A stretch of 60,494 bases of DNA from an uncultured Gammaproteobacteria bacterium (GCA_964636275.1 CAZWRN010000005.1:1-60494); one strand, 5' to 3'; positions 30,728 through 40,138 are shown, counted from the first letter of the stretch. Made by a program: numbers and translations. The notes: generated from the sequence alone by a model not told the origin.

Positions 30728-31549
30728 ATGGCATTAATAGAGTACAAAGAGAAAACCAATACTAGAAGATTTAGCTCTCGAATTGAGAAGCCAAAAAAGA
30801 CTGGTAAAAAGATTAAAGCGTTGCAGACTTTGCTGAAAAAGCACGCTGGTCGTTCTAAAGGTCGGGTTACCGTGAGACATCAGGGTGGACGACACAAAAG
30901 ACAGTATCGATTGATCGATTTTAAGCGAAATAAGTCAGGTGTAGAAGGTAAAATTGAGGCCGTAGAATATGATCCAAATCGAAATGTTGATATCGCTTTG
31001 ATCAACTATAGTGACGGCGAAAAAAGATATATTTTGTTGCCAGGTGGAATGAAAAAAGGCGATACTGTAGTAGCTGGTGACCGGGTTGAAGTACGAACTG
31101 GAAATGCGATGAAACTGAAAAGTATGCCAGTTGGTACTTTGGTTCACAATGTTGAACTAACACCAGGTCGAGGTGGTCAGATTGGAAGAAGTGCGGGAAC
31201 TAGTTTGATTATTCAGGCTAAAGAAAGTGGCTATGCACACTTGAAAATGCCTTCAGGAGAGATTAGAATGGTCTCTTTGGAAGCTATGGGTACGGTTGGG
31301 GTACTTGGTAATGAAGAATGGAAAAATGTCGTATTGGGTAAAGCTGGAAGATCACGACATATGGGTATTAGACCAGCTGTTCGGGGTGTAGCTCAGGATC
31401 CTCGCTCACACGCTCATGGTGGAGGTGAAGCGAAATCTGGAGTTGGTCGAAAGAGTCCAATGACTAAATACGGCAAGAAAGCTGTTGGAAAGACTCGAAA
31501 TAAGACTAAATGGACAAATAGATATATTGTTAAAAGGAGAAAGGCATAA
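30728..31549 (+). CDS. rplB: 50S ribosomal protein L2
   Basis: YRLIDFKR, EYDPNR, GKAGRSRH, HGGGE. Confidence 0.99.
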   Translation: MALIEYKEKTNTRRFSSRIEKPKKTGKKIKALQTLLKKHAGRSKGRVTVRHQGGRHKRQYRLIDFKRNKSGVEGKIEAVEYDPNRNVDIALINYSDGEKRYILLPGGMKKGDTVVAGDRVEVRTGNAMKLKSMPVGTLVHNVELTPGRGGQIGRSAGTSLIIQAKESGYAHLKMPSGEIRMVSLEAMGTVGVLGNEEWKNVVLGKAGRSRHMGIRPAVRGVAQDPRSHAHGGGEAKSGVGRKSPMTKYGKKAVGKTRNKTKWTNRYIVKRRKA

Positions 31550-31552
31550 ATT

Positions 31553-31837
31553 ATGGCAAGAAGCTCGTATAAAGGTCCATATGTGGACGAAAAATTGATG
31601 AAAAAAGTTATGGCACAGAAAAATGGTGCTCCAAAAGTGTCCATCAAAACATGGGCTCGAAGAAGTACTATTCCGCCTGAGTTTGTGGGGCATACTTTTA
31701 TGGTTCATCAAGGTAAAAACTTTATTACTGTCTATGTTTCTGAAGCCATGGTAGGACACAAACTCGGTGAGTTTGCTCCAACCAGAACTTTCAAAGGACA
31801 TGGAAAGATGACTGATAAATCAACATCAAAGACATAA
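31553..31837 (+). CDS. rpsS: 30S ribosomal protein S19
   Basis: [23 protein letters not shown]. Confidence 0.99.
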   Translation: MARSSYKGPYVDEKLMKKVMAQKNGAPKVSIKTWARRSTIPPEFVGHTFMVHQGKNFITVYVSEAMVGHKLGEFAPTRTFKGHGKMTDKSTSKT

Positions 31838-31913
31838 AAGGAATGATAAGTCGCAAGTGACTAGAGTCTAGGAAGACAACCTTGATTCTTGACTCTTGCC
31901 ACTAGAAACTAAA
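31838..31913 (+). repeat. Heptamer-periodic hairpin spacer
   Basis: tgataag tcgcaag tgactag agtctag ... cttgatt cttgact cttgcca ctagaaa cta. Confidence 0.8.
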
Positions 31914-32351
31914 ATGGAATATATAACGATACAGAAGAATATTACACAGTCACCTCGAAAGGTGCGACTAGTGGCTGATATGGTCAGAAAAATGGATCCA
32001 TATCGAGCATTGGATGTTTTGCAGTTTACAAACAAAGCTGCTGCACTTCCTTTGGCTAAAGCGATTAAATCTGTTTTGGCAAATGCAGGTAATGCTGAAG
32101 GTTTGAGTTTTGTCAGTATTCAGGTAAATGAAGGTCTGAAGATGAAAAGATATCGAGCAGGTACTGCTGGTCGAGGTCGTGGTCGTCCATACAGACGTCG
32201 AATGAGTCATATCAAGATTGTGGTTTCTGATGAGGGAATGGTAAATGTACCAGTTACTATGCCAGCACCTAAAGTAGAAACTTTTGAAAAAGTTGAAGCA
32301 ATTGAAGCAGCTGAAATTAAAGAAGTAAAGGAGGATAAAGCTAAGAAATAA
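31914..32351 (+). CDS. rplV: 50S ribosomal protein L22
   Basis: QSPRKVRLVAD, RRRMSHIKIVV; start moved to ATG 31914. Confidence 0.97.
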   Translation: MEYITIQKNITQSPRKVRLVADMVRKMDPYRALDVLQFTNKAAALPLAKAIKSVLANAGNAEGLSFVSIQVNEGLKMKRYRAGTAGRGRGRPYRRRMSHIKIVVSDEGMVNVPVTMPAPKVETFEKVEAIEAAEIKEVKEDKAKK

Positions 32352-32395
32352 TAATTGGAATACTTGATTATTGTTTCTTGGATACTTAATTAAAA
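32352..32395 (+). repeat. Partial heptamer spacer (3' arm type)
   Basis: taattgg aatacttg attattg tttcttg gatactt. Confidence 0.5.
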
Positions 32396-33037
32396 ATGGG
32401 ACAAAAGATACATCCAATTGGTTTTAGACTTGGTGTGGGTTCTCCTTGGGAAGCCAGATGGTTTGCTCCTGGGAAAAAATATCAGCAAAATCTGATGGAA
32501 GATATTAAAATCAGAAATTTGTTGATGAAAAAATTGCGACCGGCTGGTATTTCAAAAATTGAAATTGAACGAGCTGTAAGCAAGTTAAAAGTTATTTTGC
32601 ATGTTTCACGCCCTGGTGTTTTGATTGGTCGGGGTGGAAGTGGTTTGACTGATTTGAAGAAATACCTGATGAAACAGTTGGGTGTCAAAGAAGAAAGTAA
32701 TCTAGAGATTGCTCCAATGGATGTTAAAAATCCAGATATGTCAGCTTATTTGGTTGCGCAGTCAGTTGCTGAACAGCTAGTTCGACGAATGCCTGCGGCT
32801 CGAGTGATGAATCAGACTTTGGATCGTGTTATGCACGCCGGGGCTAAAGGTGTGAAAGTAGTGTTGTCTGGACGAATTGGTGGAGCTGAGATTGCTCGAC
32901 GAGAATCAAAGTTTGCTGGAAGCATTCCACTTCATACTTTGAGAACAGATATCGACTTTGCGGTATATCCAGCGTTGACTAAATCTGGTTATGTTGGTGT
33001 GAAAGTTTGGATCAATAGAGGGGAGAATAAGATATAG
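32396..33037 (+). CDS. rpsC: 30S ribosomal protein S3
   Basis: MGQKIHPIGFRLG, SGRIGGAEIAR, GVKVWI. Confidence 0.99.
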   Translation: MGQKIHPIGFRLGVGSPWEARWFAPGKKYQQNLMEDIKIRNLLMKKLRPAGISKIEIERAVSKLKVILHVSRPGVLIGRGGSGLTDLKKYLMKQLGVKEESNLEIAPMDVKNPDMSAYLVAQSVAEQLVRRMPAARVMNQTLDRVMHAGAKGVKVVLSGRIGGAEIARRESKFAGSIPLHTLRTDIDFAVYPALTKSGYVGVKVWINRGENKI

Positions 33038-33080
33038 AGTCTAGTCGCAAGTGACTGGAGTCTAGAAACTAAAAACTAAT
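33038..33080 (+). repeat. Short heptamer spacer
   Basis: agtctag tcgcaag tgactgg agtctag ... ctaaaaa ctaat; shares units with 31838-31913. Confidence 0.7.
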
Positions 33081-33500
33081 ATGCCATTATTAACACCAAA
33101 AAGAGTTAAATTTAGAAAAGCTTTTCGAGGGAAAAGAGGCGGTGTAGCAACTCGAAATAACACTATCTCTTTTGGTACGTTTGGTTTGAAAAGTGAAGAA
33201 GCTGGGTGGGTAACATCACGACAGATTGAAGCTGCTAGACGAGCTATGGCGCGATATACTCAGCGAGGTGGTCGTATTTTTATCCGGATCTTTCCAGATA
33301 AACCGATTACCAAACATCCGGCTGAGGCTCGAATGGGTTCAGGTAAGGGTGACGTGGTGGGATATGTAGCGGTGGTAAAGCCGGGTACTATTATTTTTGA
33401 AATGGGTGCAGTAGCTGAGGATATTGCCAGAGAAGCGATGCGATTGGCTTCGCATAAGATGGCATTAAAAACTAGGTTTATTACGAAAGGAGTAAATTAG
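33081..33500 (+). CDS. rplP: 50S ribosomal protein L16
   Basis: [25 protein letters not shown]. Confidence 0.99.
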   Translation: MPLLTPKRVKFRKAFRGKRGGVATRNNTISFGTFGLKSEEAGWVTSRQIEAARRAMARYTQRGGRIFIRIFPDKPITKHPAEARMGSGKGDVVGYVAVVKPGTIIFEMGAVAEDIAREAMRLASHKMALKTRFITKGVN

Positions 33501-33574
33501 AGATTAGCAAGTAGAGATTAGAAAATAGTTTAAAAAATCTAATCACTAATTACTAATTACTAATCACTAAAATT
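33501..33574 (+). repeat. Heptamer-periodic hairpin spacer (TAG/CTA type)
   Basis: agattag caagtag agattag aaaatag ... ctaatca ctaatta ctaatta ctaatca cta. Confidence 0.88.
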
Positions 33575-33808
33575 ATGGCTGACAAAATGGATGTAACAAC
33601 TATTAAAAATATGGATACTAAATCTGTTCAGGCAACTGCTCAAAAACTAAGAGGAGAGATTTCTGATCTAATGGTTGATAAAAACTTAAATAAATTAAAA
33701 GATTTAAAATCTATTGATAAAAAAAGAAAAGATTTGGCTAGAGTTTTGACTATCTTAAATCAAAAACAAGTTCTGGAAAAACTTGAAGCTGGAAAGGAGG
33801 CTAAATAA
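33575..33808 (+). CDS. rpmC: 50S ribosomal protein L29
   Basis: Position between rplP and rpsQ; RKDLARVLTILNQK. Confidence 0.92.
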   Translation: MADKMDVTTIKNMDTKSVQATAQKLRGEISDLMVDKNLNKLKDLKSIDKKRKDLARVLTILNQKQVLEKLEAGKEAK

Positions 33809-33810
33809 TT

Positions 33811-34200
33811 ATGATCGGACGAGTTGTTTCAAATAAAACTGCAAAGACAGTGACTGTTTTGGTAGAAAGCCGAAAAAGCCATCCTTTGTACAAAAAAACC
33901 TTTGCATGGAGTAAAAAATATTTAGTTCATGATGAAATAGGTGCTCAGATGGGTGATATCGTTGACATTAAAAAGAGTCGGCCATTTTCTAAAAGGAAAC
34001 ATTGGATGGTAGCAAAAATTGTTGGTCGAGATATTGTACCGATGAATGAAGAAGCTTTGAAAGAAGTCTCTCAGGATGTGATCGAAGAAGTAATGCCGGT
34101 TGAAGTAGAAACTGAAAATGTTGAAGCTGAAGTGATAGTTGAAGATAAAGCTGATGAAAAACCAGCTAAAAAAACTAAAAAAGCGAAGGAGACTAAATAA
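33811..34200 (+). CDS. rpsQ: 30S ribosomal protein S17
   Basis: GRVVSNK, HPLYKK, SRPFSKRKHW; Glu/Lys tail. Confidence 0.98.
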   Translation: MIGRVVSNKTAKTVTVLVESRKSHPLYKKTFAWSKKYLVHDEIGAQMGDIVDIKKSRPFSKRKHWMVAKIVGRDIVPMNEEALKEVSQDVIEEVMPVEVETENVEAEVIVEDKADEKPAKKTKKAKETK

Positions 34201-34203
34201 ACA

Positions 34204-34572
34204 ATGGTACAACACAGATCAGTTTTAAATGTGGCAGACAATAGTGGTGCTAAGAAATTGCAGGTTATCCAGGTTTTGGGTGGATCAGCGAAAAAGAAAG
34301 CTACTTTAGGTCAGTTGGTTGTCGCTGTTGTTAAAGGGGCTGACCCAAATGGTCAGGTTAAAGATCATGAAGTAGTCAGAGCAGTGATTGTACGAACCAG
34401 AAAAGAAGTTGGTCGGACTGATGGTTCTCATATCAAATTTGATGACAATGCCGGAGTAGTAGTTGGTAATGATGGTAATATGCGAGCTACTCGTATCTTT
34501 GGGCCGATTGCCCGGGAAGTTCGAGATGCTGGTTATACTAAGATTGTTTCTTTAGCAAAGGAGGTTTGGTAA
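34204..34572 (+). CDS. rplN: 50S ribosomal protein L14
   Basis: [20 protein letters not shown]. Confidence 0.99.
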   Translation: MVQHRSVLNVADNSGAKKLQVIQVLGGSAKKKATLGQLVVAVVKGADPNGQVKDHEVVRAVIVRTRKEVGRTDGSHIKFDDNAGVVVGNDGNMRATRIFGPIAREVRDAGYTKIVSLAKEVW

Positions 34573-34576
34573 ACAT

Positions 34577-34885
34577 ATGAACAAAATACGAAAAGACGAT
34601 AATGTGATTGTTTTAACTGGTAAAGACCGTGGTAAAACGGGAAAAGTTTTGCGAGTGATGACTAAAAAAGATCAGGTTTTGGTTGAAGGTGTGAATACCT
34701 ATAAAAGACATGTCAAAGGTCAGGCGCAGATAGAGGGGGGTATTATCGATTTGGTAAAGCCAATCCATATTTCCAATGTGTCGTTGGTCGATCCCAAAAC
34801 AAAAAAGGCTGCTCGAGTGGGCTTTAAAATGAAAGATGGTAAAAAGATGCGGGTTTTTACCAAATCCGGGGAGGAAGTTAAATAA
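34577..34885 (+). CDS. rplX: 50S ribosomal protein L24
   Basis: VIVLTGKDRGKTGKV, IHISNV. Confidence 0.99.
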   Translation: MNKIRKDDNVIVLTGKDRGKTGKVLRVMTKKDQVLVEGVNTYKRHVKGQAQIEGGIIDLVKPIHISNVSLVDPKTKKAARVGFKMKDGKKMRVFTKSGEEVK

Positions 34886-34887
34886 AT

Positions 34888-35433
34888 ATGAATAGACTAA
34901 AACAGAAATATACTGATGAAGTAAAAAACAAACTGCAGGAAGAGTTTGGCATTAAAAATGTCCACGCTTTGCCAAAACTGACTAAAGTTGTTATCAATAT
35001 GGGACTTGCCGAAGCGAAAGATTCTGATTCAGTGCTTGATAAATCAGTAACCAACCTAACAGCAATAGCCGGACAAAAACCTGTTGTGACAAAAGCTAAA
35101 AAATCGATTGCGGCTTTTAAAGTTACTCAAGGGCAGACTATTGGTGTAATGGTGACATTGCGAGGAGAAAGAATGTACGCTTTCTTAGATAAACTGATTA
35201 ACATCGTTTTGCCTAAAGTTAGAGATTTTCGTGGTGTTTCGCCGACTGCTTTTGATGCACAGGGTAATTACAATTTGGGTATGAGAGAACAGGTGTTGTT
35301 CCCAGAAGTTGATTATAAAAATGTCGATAAAATTCGTGGGATGCAGATCACTATCAACACCAATTCTCAGAATGTCGAGCAAGGTCGACGATTTCTGGAG
35401 TTGATGGGTATGCCTTTCATGAAGGTTGCTTAG
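34888..35433 (+). CDS. rplE: 50S ribosomal protein L5
   Basis: VTLRGERMY, RDFRGV, FDAQGNY, GMPF. Confidence 0.99.
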   Translation: MNRLKQKYTDEVKNKLQEEFGIKNVHALPKLTKVVINMGLAEAKDSDSVLDKSVTNLTAIAGQKPVVTKAKKSIAAFKVTQGQTIGVMVTLRGERMYAFLDKLINIVLPKVRDFRGVSPTAFDAQGNYNLGMREQVLFPEVDYKNVDKIRGMQITINTNSQNVEQGRRFLELMGMPFMKVA

Positions 35434-35490
35434 TGAGTGCAATTTGAGATAGTTTGATCTATAATTATAGGTCGGAAGGATAAAGAATAG
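35421..35490 (+). other. 54-nt insert creating an alternative rplE 3' end
   Basis: GAAGG direct repeat (35421/35475); precise removal gives ...MPFMKDKE*. Confidence 0.6.
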
Positions 35491-35564
35491 AGATTAGCAA
35501 ATAGCGATTAGATAATAGTTAATTAATTTAGAAATCTAATCACTAATCACTATTCACTGATAAA
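35491..35564 (+). repeat. Heptamer-periodic hairpin spacer (TAG/CTA type)
   Basis: agattag caaatag cgattag ataatag ... ctaatca ctaatca ctattca ctga. Confidence 0.85.
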
Positions 35565-35744
35565 ATGGCAAAAACATCGAATGTAGTAAAAAAGAAATTT
35601 AAATTTGAAGTTCAGAAAGTGAACATTTGTTCTCAGTGCGGACGTTCAAAAGGTTATTTAAGAAGATTTGGTATTTGCCGAATTTGTTTTAGAGAATTCG
35701 TTTACAAGGGATATCTTCCTGGTGTTAAAAAAGCATCTTGGTAA
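35565..35744 (+). CDS. rpsN: 30S ribosomal protein S14, zinc-binding type Z (59 aa, not in the ORF track)
   Basis: MAKTS...[23 protein letters not shown]...LPGVKKASW. Confidence 0.97.
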   Translation: MAKTSNVVKKKFKFEVQKVNICSQCGRSKGYLRRFGICRICFREFVYKGYLPGVKKASW

Positions 35745-35823
35745 AGCTTCTAGCTTCGTCTAGAAAGAAAGGAAAACTAAATATATTTCGGATTTCGAAA
35801 TTCGGATTTAGAGTTTATTAATT
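35745..35823 (+). repeat. Small hairpin plus heptamer run
   Basis: TTCTAG-CTTCGT-CTAGAA; AAGAAAGGAA; tcggatt tcgaaat tcggatt tagagtt. Confidence 0.6.
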
Positions 35824-36219
35824 ATGGATATCGTAGCTGATGCATTAATTAGAATTAAAAATGGTTACTTGGCTCAAAAAGATGAGGTGTTGTTGCCTTA
35901 TTCTAAATTGATCAGTTCAATTTGTGATGTATTGAAAAAAGAGGGATACATTGCGGGTTGGAGTGAGAAAAAAGCTGAAAAAAGTAAAGTAAATATGGGT
36001 GTTACTGTCACTTTGCAATACAATGATCGAAAACCAGCTATGACGGAGGTTCGAAGAATCTCAAAACCTGGTCTGCGAGTATACAAAGGTGCAAGTGCTT
36101 TGCCCTATGTATTAAGTGGTGTTGGAATGGCATTGATTTCTACACCAAAAGGTGTGATGACGGATAAAGCAGCCCGCAAAGCCAAATTGGGCGGAGAGGT
36201 AATGGCTTACGTTTGGTAA
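35824..36219 (+). CDS. rpsH: 30S ribosomal protein S8
   Basis: DALIRIKNG, RISKPGLRVY, STPKGVMTD. Confidence 0.99.
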   Translation: MDIVADALIRIKNGYLAQKDEVLLPYSKLISSICDVLKKEGYIAGWSEKKAEKSKVNMGVTVTLQYNDRKPAMTEVRRISKPGLRVYKGASALPYVLSGVGMALISTPKGVMTDKAARKAKLGGEVMAYVW

Positions 36220-36297
36220 GAAAGGAATAAACCAAGAAATAATATAACAAGAAACAAATAATTGTATCTTGAATATTGTCTCTTGGAAAACTTAATT
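36220..36297 (+). repeat. Heptamer-periodic hairpin spacer (CAAG/CTTG type)
   Basis: aaccaag ... aacaag aaacaa ... ttgtat cttgaata ttgtct cttgg; preceded by GAAAGGAA. Confidence 0.75.
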
Positions 36298-36849
36298 ATG
36301 AGTAGAATCGGTAACAATCCAATAGTTTTGCCACAAGGAGTTGAAGTAACTCTAAGTGATGATATGGTAGCTGTTAAAGGGCCAAAAGGTGCTTTGGAGA
36401 TGCCACTTCATAAATCCATTAAGGTTGAGCAGGAGGATGGTAAATTGATTATAAAAAGAAAAAGAGGCAATCAAGAAGGTCGTTCCATGCATGGTCTGAT
36501 GAGAACATTGGTAAATAATATGGTTGTTGGTGTAACTACTGGTTGGACCAAAAATTTAGAAATGGTTGGTGTGGGGTATCGGGCTCAGGGTGGTGGAAAT
36601 GCGTTGATATTAAATGTAGGATACTCTCATCCGGTGAAGATGGAAGCGCCTGAAGGGATCACATTTGCAGTTGCGGAGAATACAAAATTATCAGTGACTG
36701 GAATTGATAAAGCCTTGGTTGGACAGATTGCTGCCAATATTCGGGCTGTAAAACCACCTGAGGTATATAAAGGTAAAGGTATTCGTTATGTTGGTGAATA
36801 TGTCAGAAAGAAAGCTGGTAAAGCTGGAAAGGCCGCCGGAGGAAAATAA
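36298..36849 (+). CDS. rplF: 50S ribosomal protein L6
   Basis: MSRIGNNPI, GVGYRA, PEVYKGKGIRY; start moved to ATG 36298. Confidence 0.99.
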   Translation: MSRIGNNPIVLPQGVEVTLSDDMVAVKGPKGALEMPLHKSIKVEQEDGKLIIKRKRGNQEGRSMHGLMRTLVNNMVVGVTTGWTKNLEMVGVGYRAQGGGNALILNVGYSHPVKMEAPEGITFAVAENTKLSVTGIDKALVGQIAANIRAVKPPEVYKGKGIRYVGEYVRKKAGKAGKAAGGK

Positions 36850-36919
36850 ATAGGCAGTAGTAAGTAGGATTTGATACATTCCTACTAACTACCACCTACA
36901 GCCTACTAACTAAATATAT
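36850..36919 (+). repeat. Heptamer-periodic hairpin spacer (TAG/CTA type)
   Basis: taggcag tagtaag tagga ... ctactaa ctaccac ctacagc ctactaa cta. Confidence 0.8.
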
Positions 36920-37255
36920 ATGTTTAAAGCTAAAAGAATACATCGACATACAAAAGTACGAAAAAAGATCTCTGGTAATGGAGAAAGACCTCGAGTGGCT
37001 ATTTTTAGATCAACTCAACATATTTATGCTCAGATCATTGATGATATGCAGCATAAAACACTGGTTTCTGAGTCAGATCTGAAAATTAAATCTGGAAATA
37101 AAACGGATAAAGCTACTCAGGTGGGGGAAGCTTTAGCCAAAAAAGCGGTCGCTCAAAAGATCAGTAAAGTAGTATTTGATCGAGGAGGTTTTTTGTATCA
37201 CGGTAGAGTGAAAGCTCTCGCTGAAGGTTTGCGAAAAGGAGGGTTAGATTTCTAA
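36920..37255 (+). CDS. rplR: 50S ribosomal protein L18
   Basis: RPRVAIFRS, VFDRGGFLYHGRVKALA. Confidence 0.99.
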   Translation: MFKAKRIHRHTKVRKKISGNGERPRVAIFRSTQHIYAQIIDDMQHKTLVSESDLKIKSGNKTDKATQVGEALAKKAVAQKISKVVFDRGGFLYHGRVKALAEGLRKGGLDF

Positions 37256-37256
37256 T

Positions 37257-37883
37257 ATGGATCGAAATATGGACAATCAGAATAATCGAGGAAATAGGCC
37301 AGGTGGAAATCGTCCGGGTGGTCAGAGACCAGGTGGTCGTTTCCAAAGAGGACAAAATGCTACCCCATCTGAATTTTTTGAAAAAGTAGTTCAGGTCAAT
37401 CGAGTTTCTAAAAAGACTAAAGGTGGAGATAAACGAGGGCTATCTGTCTTGGTTGTCGTTGGTGATCGAAAAGGTCGAGTTGGTGTTGGTTTGGGTAAAG
37501 CTGCCGATGTACAGTCTGCGGTTCGAAAAGGAACCTTATATGCTAAAAAACATTTGATCCGAGTCCCTTTAAAAGCTGATCGGACTATCCCGCATGAGAT
37601 TTATTTGAAGTATGGTGCAGCTAAATTGATCATGAAACCAGCTCCAGAAGGTACTGGTGTGATTGCGGGTGGTCCTGTACGTGTAGTTGTTGAGGCTGCT
37701 GGTATTAAAGATATCGTGACCAAGCTGTTGGGAACAAAAAACAAAGCTTCCAATGTCTATGTCGCTTTGGAATCTTTGCGACGAATTAAAGCTGGTTCCG
37801 GAGATGCTCCAAAAGTTGAAGTAAAAACTGAAACAAAAGAAGAGCCTAAAGTTGAAACTAAAGAGAAAGCAGAGGAGAAATAA
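37257..37883 (+). CDS. rpsE: 30S ribosomal protein S5
   Basis: VNRVSKKTKGG, PAPEGTGVIAGG. Confidence 0.99.
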   Translation: MDRNMDNQNNRGNRPGGNRPGGQRPGGRFQRGQNATPSEFFEKVVQVNRVSKKTKGGDKRGLSVLVVVGDRKGRVGVGLGKAADVQSAVRKGTLYAKKHLIRVPLKADRTIPHEIYLKYGAAKLIMKPAPEGTGVIAGGPVRVVVEAAGIKDIVTKLLGTKNKASNVYVALESLRRIKAGSGDAPKVEVKTETKEEPKVETKEKAEEK

Positions 37884-38317
37884 TGCAAATTAATTCATTA
37901 CAAAAAGTTACAACCAGGACAGCTAAACGAGTTGGACGTGGTATTGGATCTGGAAAAGGAAAGACCTCTGGACGCGGTATGAAAGGTCAGAAATCCCGTG
38001 GTAAAATTCCGGCGGCCAACGTTGGAGCTGGTTTAATTTATTTTAAAAAGCTGCCATATCGAAGAGGTTGGGGTAATACCAAAGTTTCTGCCAAACCTGC
38101 TTTAGTTAAAGTCGACCAGCTTAATGTATTTGCTGCAGGAGCGGTTGTTACAATTGCGTCCCTTTTGGAGCATAAAGTTATTAATGAAACATCATCTAAA
38201 AAAGGTGTTAAAATAGTTAACGGAGGAGCTTTGACTGTGAAAAACTTGAGTGTTGAACTGCCAGTTACTCAATCAGCCAAATCAGCTATAGAGTCCTCCG
38301 GAGGTAAAGTTGTCTGA
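37883..38317 (+). CDS. rplO: 50S ribosomal protein L15
   Basis: [24 protein letters not shown]; follows rpsE directly (no L30). Confidence 0.98.
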   Translation: MQINSLQKVTTRTAKRVGRGIGSGKGKTSGRGMKGQKSRGKIPAANVGAGLIYFKKLPYRRGWGNTKVSAKPALVKVDQLNVFAAGAVVTIASLLEHKVINETSSKKGVKIVNGGALTVKNLSVELPVTQSAKSAIESSGGKVV

Positions 38318-39599
38318 GTTATTAAAACCGATCACACAAGCACTTAAAATCCCTGAACTTCGACGTAAACTTATTATTACTGCAGTTATACTAGTTATTT
38401 TTCGTATTATTGCGCACGTTCCTTTAGGAGGTATTGATCTAGTTGGGTTGAGAGCAATCTTTGAAGGCAACCAACTATTGGGGTTGTTGAATATTTTCTC
38501 AGGAGGCACTTTAGCAAACTTTTCTATTTTAGCAATTGGTCTTAATCCATATATTAATGCATCGATTATTATTCAGCTGCTAACTATTGTTTTTCCTAAA
38601 CTTGAAGCTTTAGCCAAGGAGGGTGAGTATGGGAAACAAAAAATTAACCAATATACTCGCTATTTGACGGTACCCTTGGCGTTGCTGCAGGCAATAGGGG
38701 TGTATACTTTGCTCAAAAATCAGGGGTTGGTTACTGTGGAGTCACCAATGCAAATAATAGCAATTGTTTTGGGTATGGTAGCAGGTACCATGATTGAAGT
38801 ATGGCTGGGTGAATTACTGACAGAGTATGGTATTGGTAACGGTATTTCGGTTTTAATTTTTGCGGGTATTATTGCTAGCGCTCCGGCATTGCTGCTTCAG
38901 ACAGCTTCTATTTTAGATCAGCAGCAAGTACTTAATTTACTGATTTTTGGGGCCCTGGCCTTTGCTGTAACTTATGCAATTGTTTTTGTAAATGAAGGTA
39001 GAAGACAAATAGCGGTCAACTATGCCAAAAGATTTGCTAACAATAAAGGCAGTGGACCAGTTCAAACATATCTGCCATTGCGAGTAAATCAGGCCGGAGT
39101 AATTCCGATTATTTTTGCAGTATCTTTAGTTTTGATACCTTCGTTTGGTGGACAATTTTTAACCACTGTTAATCAACCTCAAGTGCAGGATCTAGGACGC
39201 TGGTTGGCAGCCAATTTTAATCCTAATTCAATAGCATATAATCTGACGTACTTCTTGTTGGTAATGGGTTTTACTTTTTTCTATACTGCTGTTATTTTCA
39301 ATCCAACTAAGATTGCTGATGAGATTAAAAAGTACGGAGGATTTATTCCGGGTATTCGACCTGGGGCAGCGACAGCGGCTTATTTAAATTATATCTTGAT
39401 AAGAATTACACTCGCTGGAGGTATTTTCCTGGGATTAATTGCAATTTTACCATCATTAGTGTCTAGCTTTACTGGTGTGACCACTTTGGCAATTGGAGGA
39501 ACATCCCTTTTGATTGTTGTATCGGTGGTTTTGGATACAGCTAAACAATTTGAAAGTAAGCTGATTGAACGTAATTACGATAAATTCCTGCAAAGATAA
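38310..39599 (+). CDS. secY: Preprotein translocase SecY
   Basis: [42 protein letters not shown]; TTG start. Confidence 0.99.
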   Translation: MSELLKPITQALKIPELRRKLIITAVILVIFRIIAHVPLGGIDLVGLRAIFEGNQLLGLLNIFSGGTLANFSILAIGLNPYINASIIIQLLTIVFPKLEALAKEGEYGKQKINQYTRYLTVPLALLQAIGVYTLLKNQGLVTVESPMQIIAIVLGMVAGTMIEVWLGELLTEYGIGNGISVLIFAGIIASAPALLLQTASILDQQQVLNLLIFGALAFAVTYAIVFVNEGRRQIAVNYAKRFANNKGSGPVQTYLPLRVNQAGVIPIIFAVSLVLIPSFGGQFLTTVNQPQVQDLGRWLAANFNPNSIAYNLTYFLLVMGFTFFYTAVIFNPTKIADEIKKYGGFIPGIRPGAATAAYLNYILIRITLAGGIFLGLIAILPSLVSSFTGVTTLAIGGTSLLIVVSVVLDTAKQFESKLIERNYDKFLQR

Positions 39600-39613
39600 T
39601 GGAGAAATAAAAC

Positions 39614-40138
39614 ATGAAAGTTTTAGTATTAGGATTACCAGGCAGCGGGAAAAGTACTCAAGTTGATAAATTAGCTGAATATTTGCAGGTGCCAACTCTG
39701 AAAATGGGAGCTATTTTGCGAGATATTGTTCATCAAAATGGTGAGTTGGGGCAGAAAATTAGTTCGGTCATGTTGCAAGGGCATTTGGTTGAGGATGAGA
39801 TTGTTGAAGAGATCATGCGGGAAAAGGTAAATTCTATAGGTGTTGACGGCTTTGTAATGGAAGGATATCCTAGAACTCTTCACCAAATAGAAAGCTACGA
39901 TCCGGGATTTGAAAAGGTATTTTACTTAAAATTGGACACTGAGCTAGCTCATCAGCGAATGGTGTCTAGAGCCAGAGAGGATGATAATAAAGAGGCAATT
40001 GAAAACCGGTTTAATGAACAGATGAAGGATTTGGATAAAATCTTAGAACATTATCAAGCGATCTTAACTACGGTTGATGCAACAAAAGGAATCGATGAGA
40101 TATTTGAAGAGTTAGTTAGTAACTTGCCAAAGATGTGA
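39614..40138 (+). CDS. adk: Adenylate kinase (short, LID-less type)
   Basis: GLPGSGKST P-loop, EGYPRT, REDDN; position after secY. Confidence 0.88.
   Translation: MKVLVLGLPGSGKSTQVDKLAEYLQVPTLKMGAILRDIVHQNGELGQKISSVMLQGHLVEDEIVEEIMREKVNSIGVDGFVMEGYPRTLHQIESYDPGFEKVFYLKLDTELAHQRMVSRAREDDNKEAIENRFNEQMKDLDKILEHYQAILTTVDATKGIDEIFEELVSNLPKM

Noticed and set aside
20661-35490. The inserts as group I or II introns
   Set aside because: 54-109 nt is too short for a catalytic core, no domain V or P7 sequence is seen, and the U/G splice rule fits only the rplE case.
37880-37886. Missing rpmD (L30) as a novelty
   Set aside because: Loss of L30 is an established CPR trait; used only as a taxonomic clue.
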